NCBI GenBank assembly: GCA_001687465.1
Contig: LVLI01000136.1
Coordinates: 1 to 47,235, forward strand
Length of the DNA: 47,235 nt
DNA from: Halocafeteria seosinensis
Taxonomy: Eukaryota
Reading direction: 5' to 3'
Position numbers and translations under genes: made by a program. The notes below the pieces were generated by a model. That model saw only the letters and a program-made list of their open reading frames with translations. It was not told the DNA's origin and made no database searches. This document shows, in pieces, positions 46,198 through 47,235 of this stretch (position 1 is the stretch's first letter; each line of letters starts with the position of its first letter).

Positions 46198-47235
46198 CTC
46201 CTACCATACTAAGGGGGCTCCATAAACCTCTGTTGCCTATAAAATTTGACAGTTATCGCCTCAAAATACGTCTAATCCTGCTTTGTTTTCGGCTGGAGCA
46301 TCTGAACTTCACAAATTCGGTGCATAGGAATCAATAAGTGATGGAATTCCATGTTTTCATGGCCAGTATATATGGCCAACCGACTAACTTGCTGCAGCGT
46401 TCAGTCTGAGAACATTGACGCAGTACATAATGCACGTATAAATCGTTATGAAGTGGTTTCGAGTGTCAAAGTTGTGGCCAATGCAATGTACAGTATGGTA
46501 TGCAATACAGTATGTATACAAGCTGACCTGAGCTTATACTAATACTCATGCAAATATATTGTCCCATGGCATTACTATCAACTGCCTCCGGCTATTGTAT
46601 CCCCCGAATCGCGTTTGTCTTCCGTTATGATTCTCGAGCATTGTGGGCGCAGGCATGGCTCCTCCCCCGATGCCTCCTGAGCTTAACCGGCGCTGTGTTC
46701 CCTCACGGCGCATGTCAGCAAAGCTGCAGGAACAGCGGGCCCGTCGCTGCTTAACACGGGCGCATACCGCTCCTCGTTAAGAGGATGCGGTCAACTTCCC
46801 GGCCGGTGGGCTATCTGTCACATTTGTGTGTGTGCGAGCAACACCCATGGCTAAGGTGCAAAGATTGAATTTGCAAACAATCCCTTCTTTGCGGCATTGA
46901 TGGAGGTTGCTGCTGCTTCTGCTTTTTACCGCCCTCTTTGCGTCGTTTTATTGCTTCTCTTGATAAATTTTGCTTGCTTTCGTTGTAAAAGCCCTCGGGC
47001 TTCTTCTCCTAGCCAAGGAGTGACTAAAAAGCACACACACAAATGTGACAGATCTTCGAAAGGGCACGGACTGAATGGTTCCACCTCAAGAACCTCCCAA
47101 TGGTGAGGAGCGCAGAGATTAGGTTCATACGCAGGGCTTCAAACGCGGCTGCCGACCGCTTGGCTAAGACCGCGTCAAACAACCCAGTGGGTAATGGTTC
47201 CTCTTGCTTAGACTGGCCGCCTAGAGCTACGCACA

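Noticed and set aside
46200..47235. Short ORFs at the window end
   Set aside because: All are under 70 aa with no motifs; treated as intergenic.

Overview
Eukaryotic (protist-like) genomic DNA. Several genes have short GT-AG introns (60-130 nt) that restore reading frames exactly. A stramenopile source is plausible but unverified. Apparently intact genes: a cobyrinate a,c-diamide synthase (CbiA/CobB) fused to a BtuF-like binding domain, Kelch repeats and a Cys-rich DUF5522-like tail; a five-exon P-loop NTPase + PD-(D/E)xK nuclease (Crinkler-like) with a mitochondrial-type leader; two Gly/Cys-repeat (GLUG-like) mucin-stalk proteins; a 24-aa LRR protein; a Myb/SANT-like protein; a COX7a-like subunit; an ankyrin protein; a PTS1-bearing carnitine acyltransferase; two tandem serine beta-lactamase-like genes; and a RAP-like protein. 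Decayed elements lie between them: a Crypton-like tyrosine recombinase between two truncated genes; an AT-rich element with a hairpin+CTAG end, a ~410-bp tandem repeat and a DDE/SAP/chromodomain relic; and several paralog fragments. Several frameshifts are single-base losses in short homopolymers and may be sequencing errors. All domain calls come from motif recognition by eye; no searches were run.
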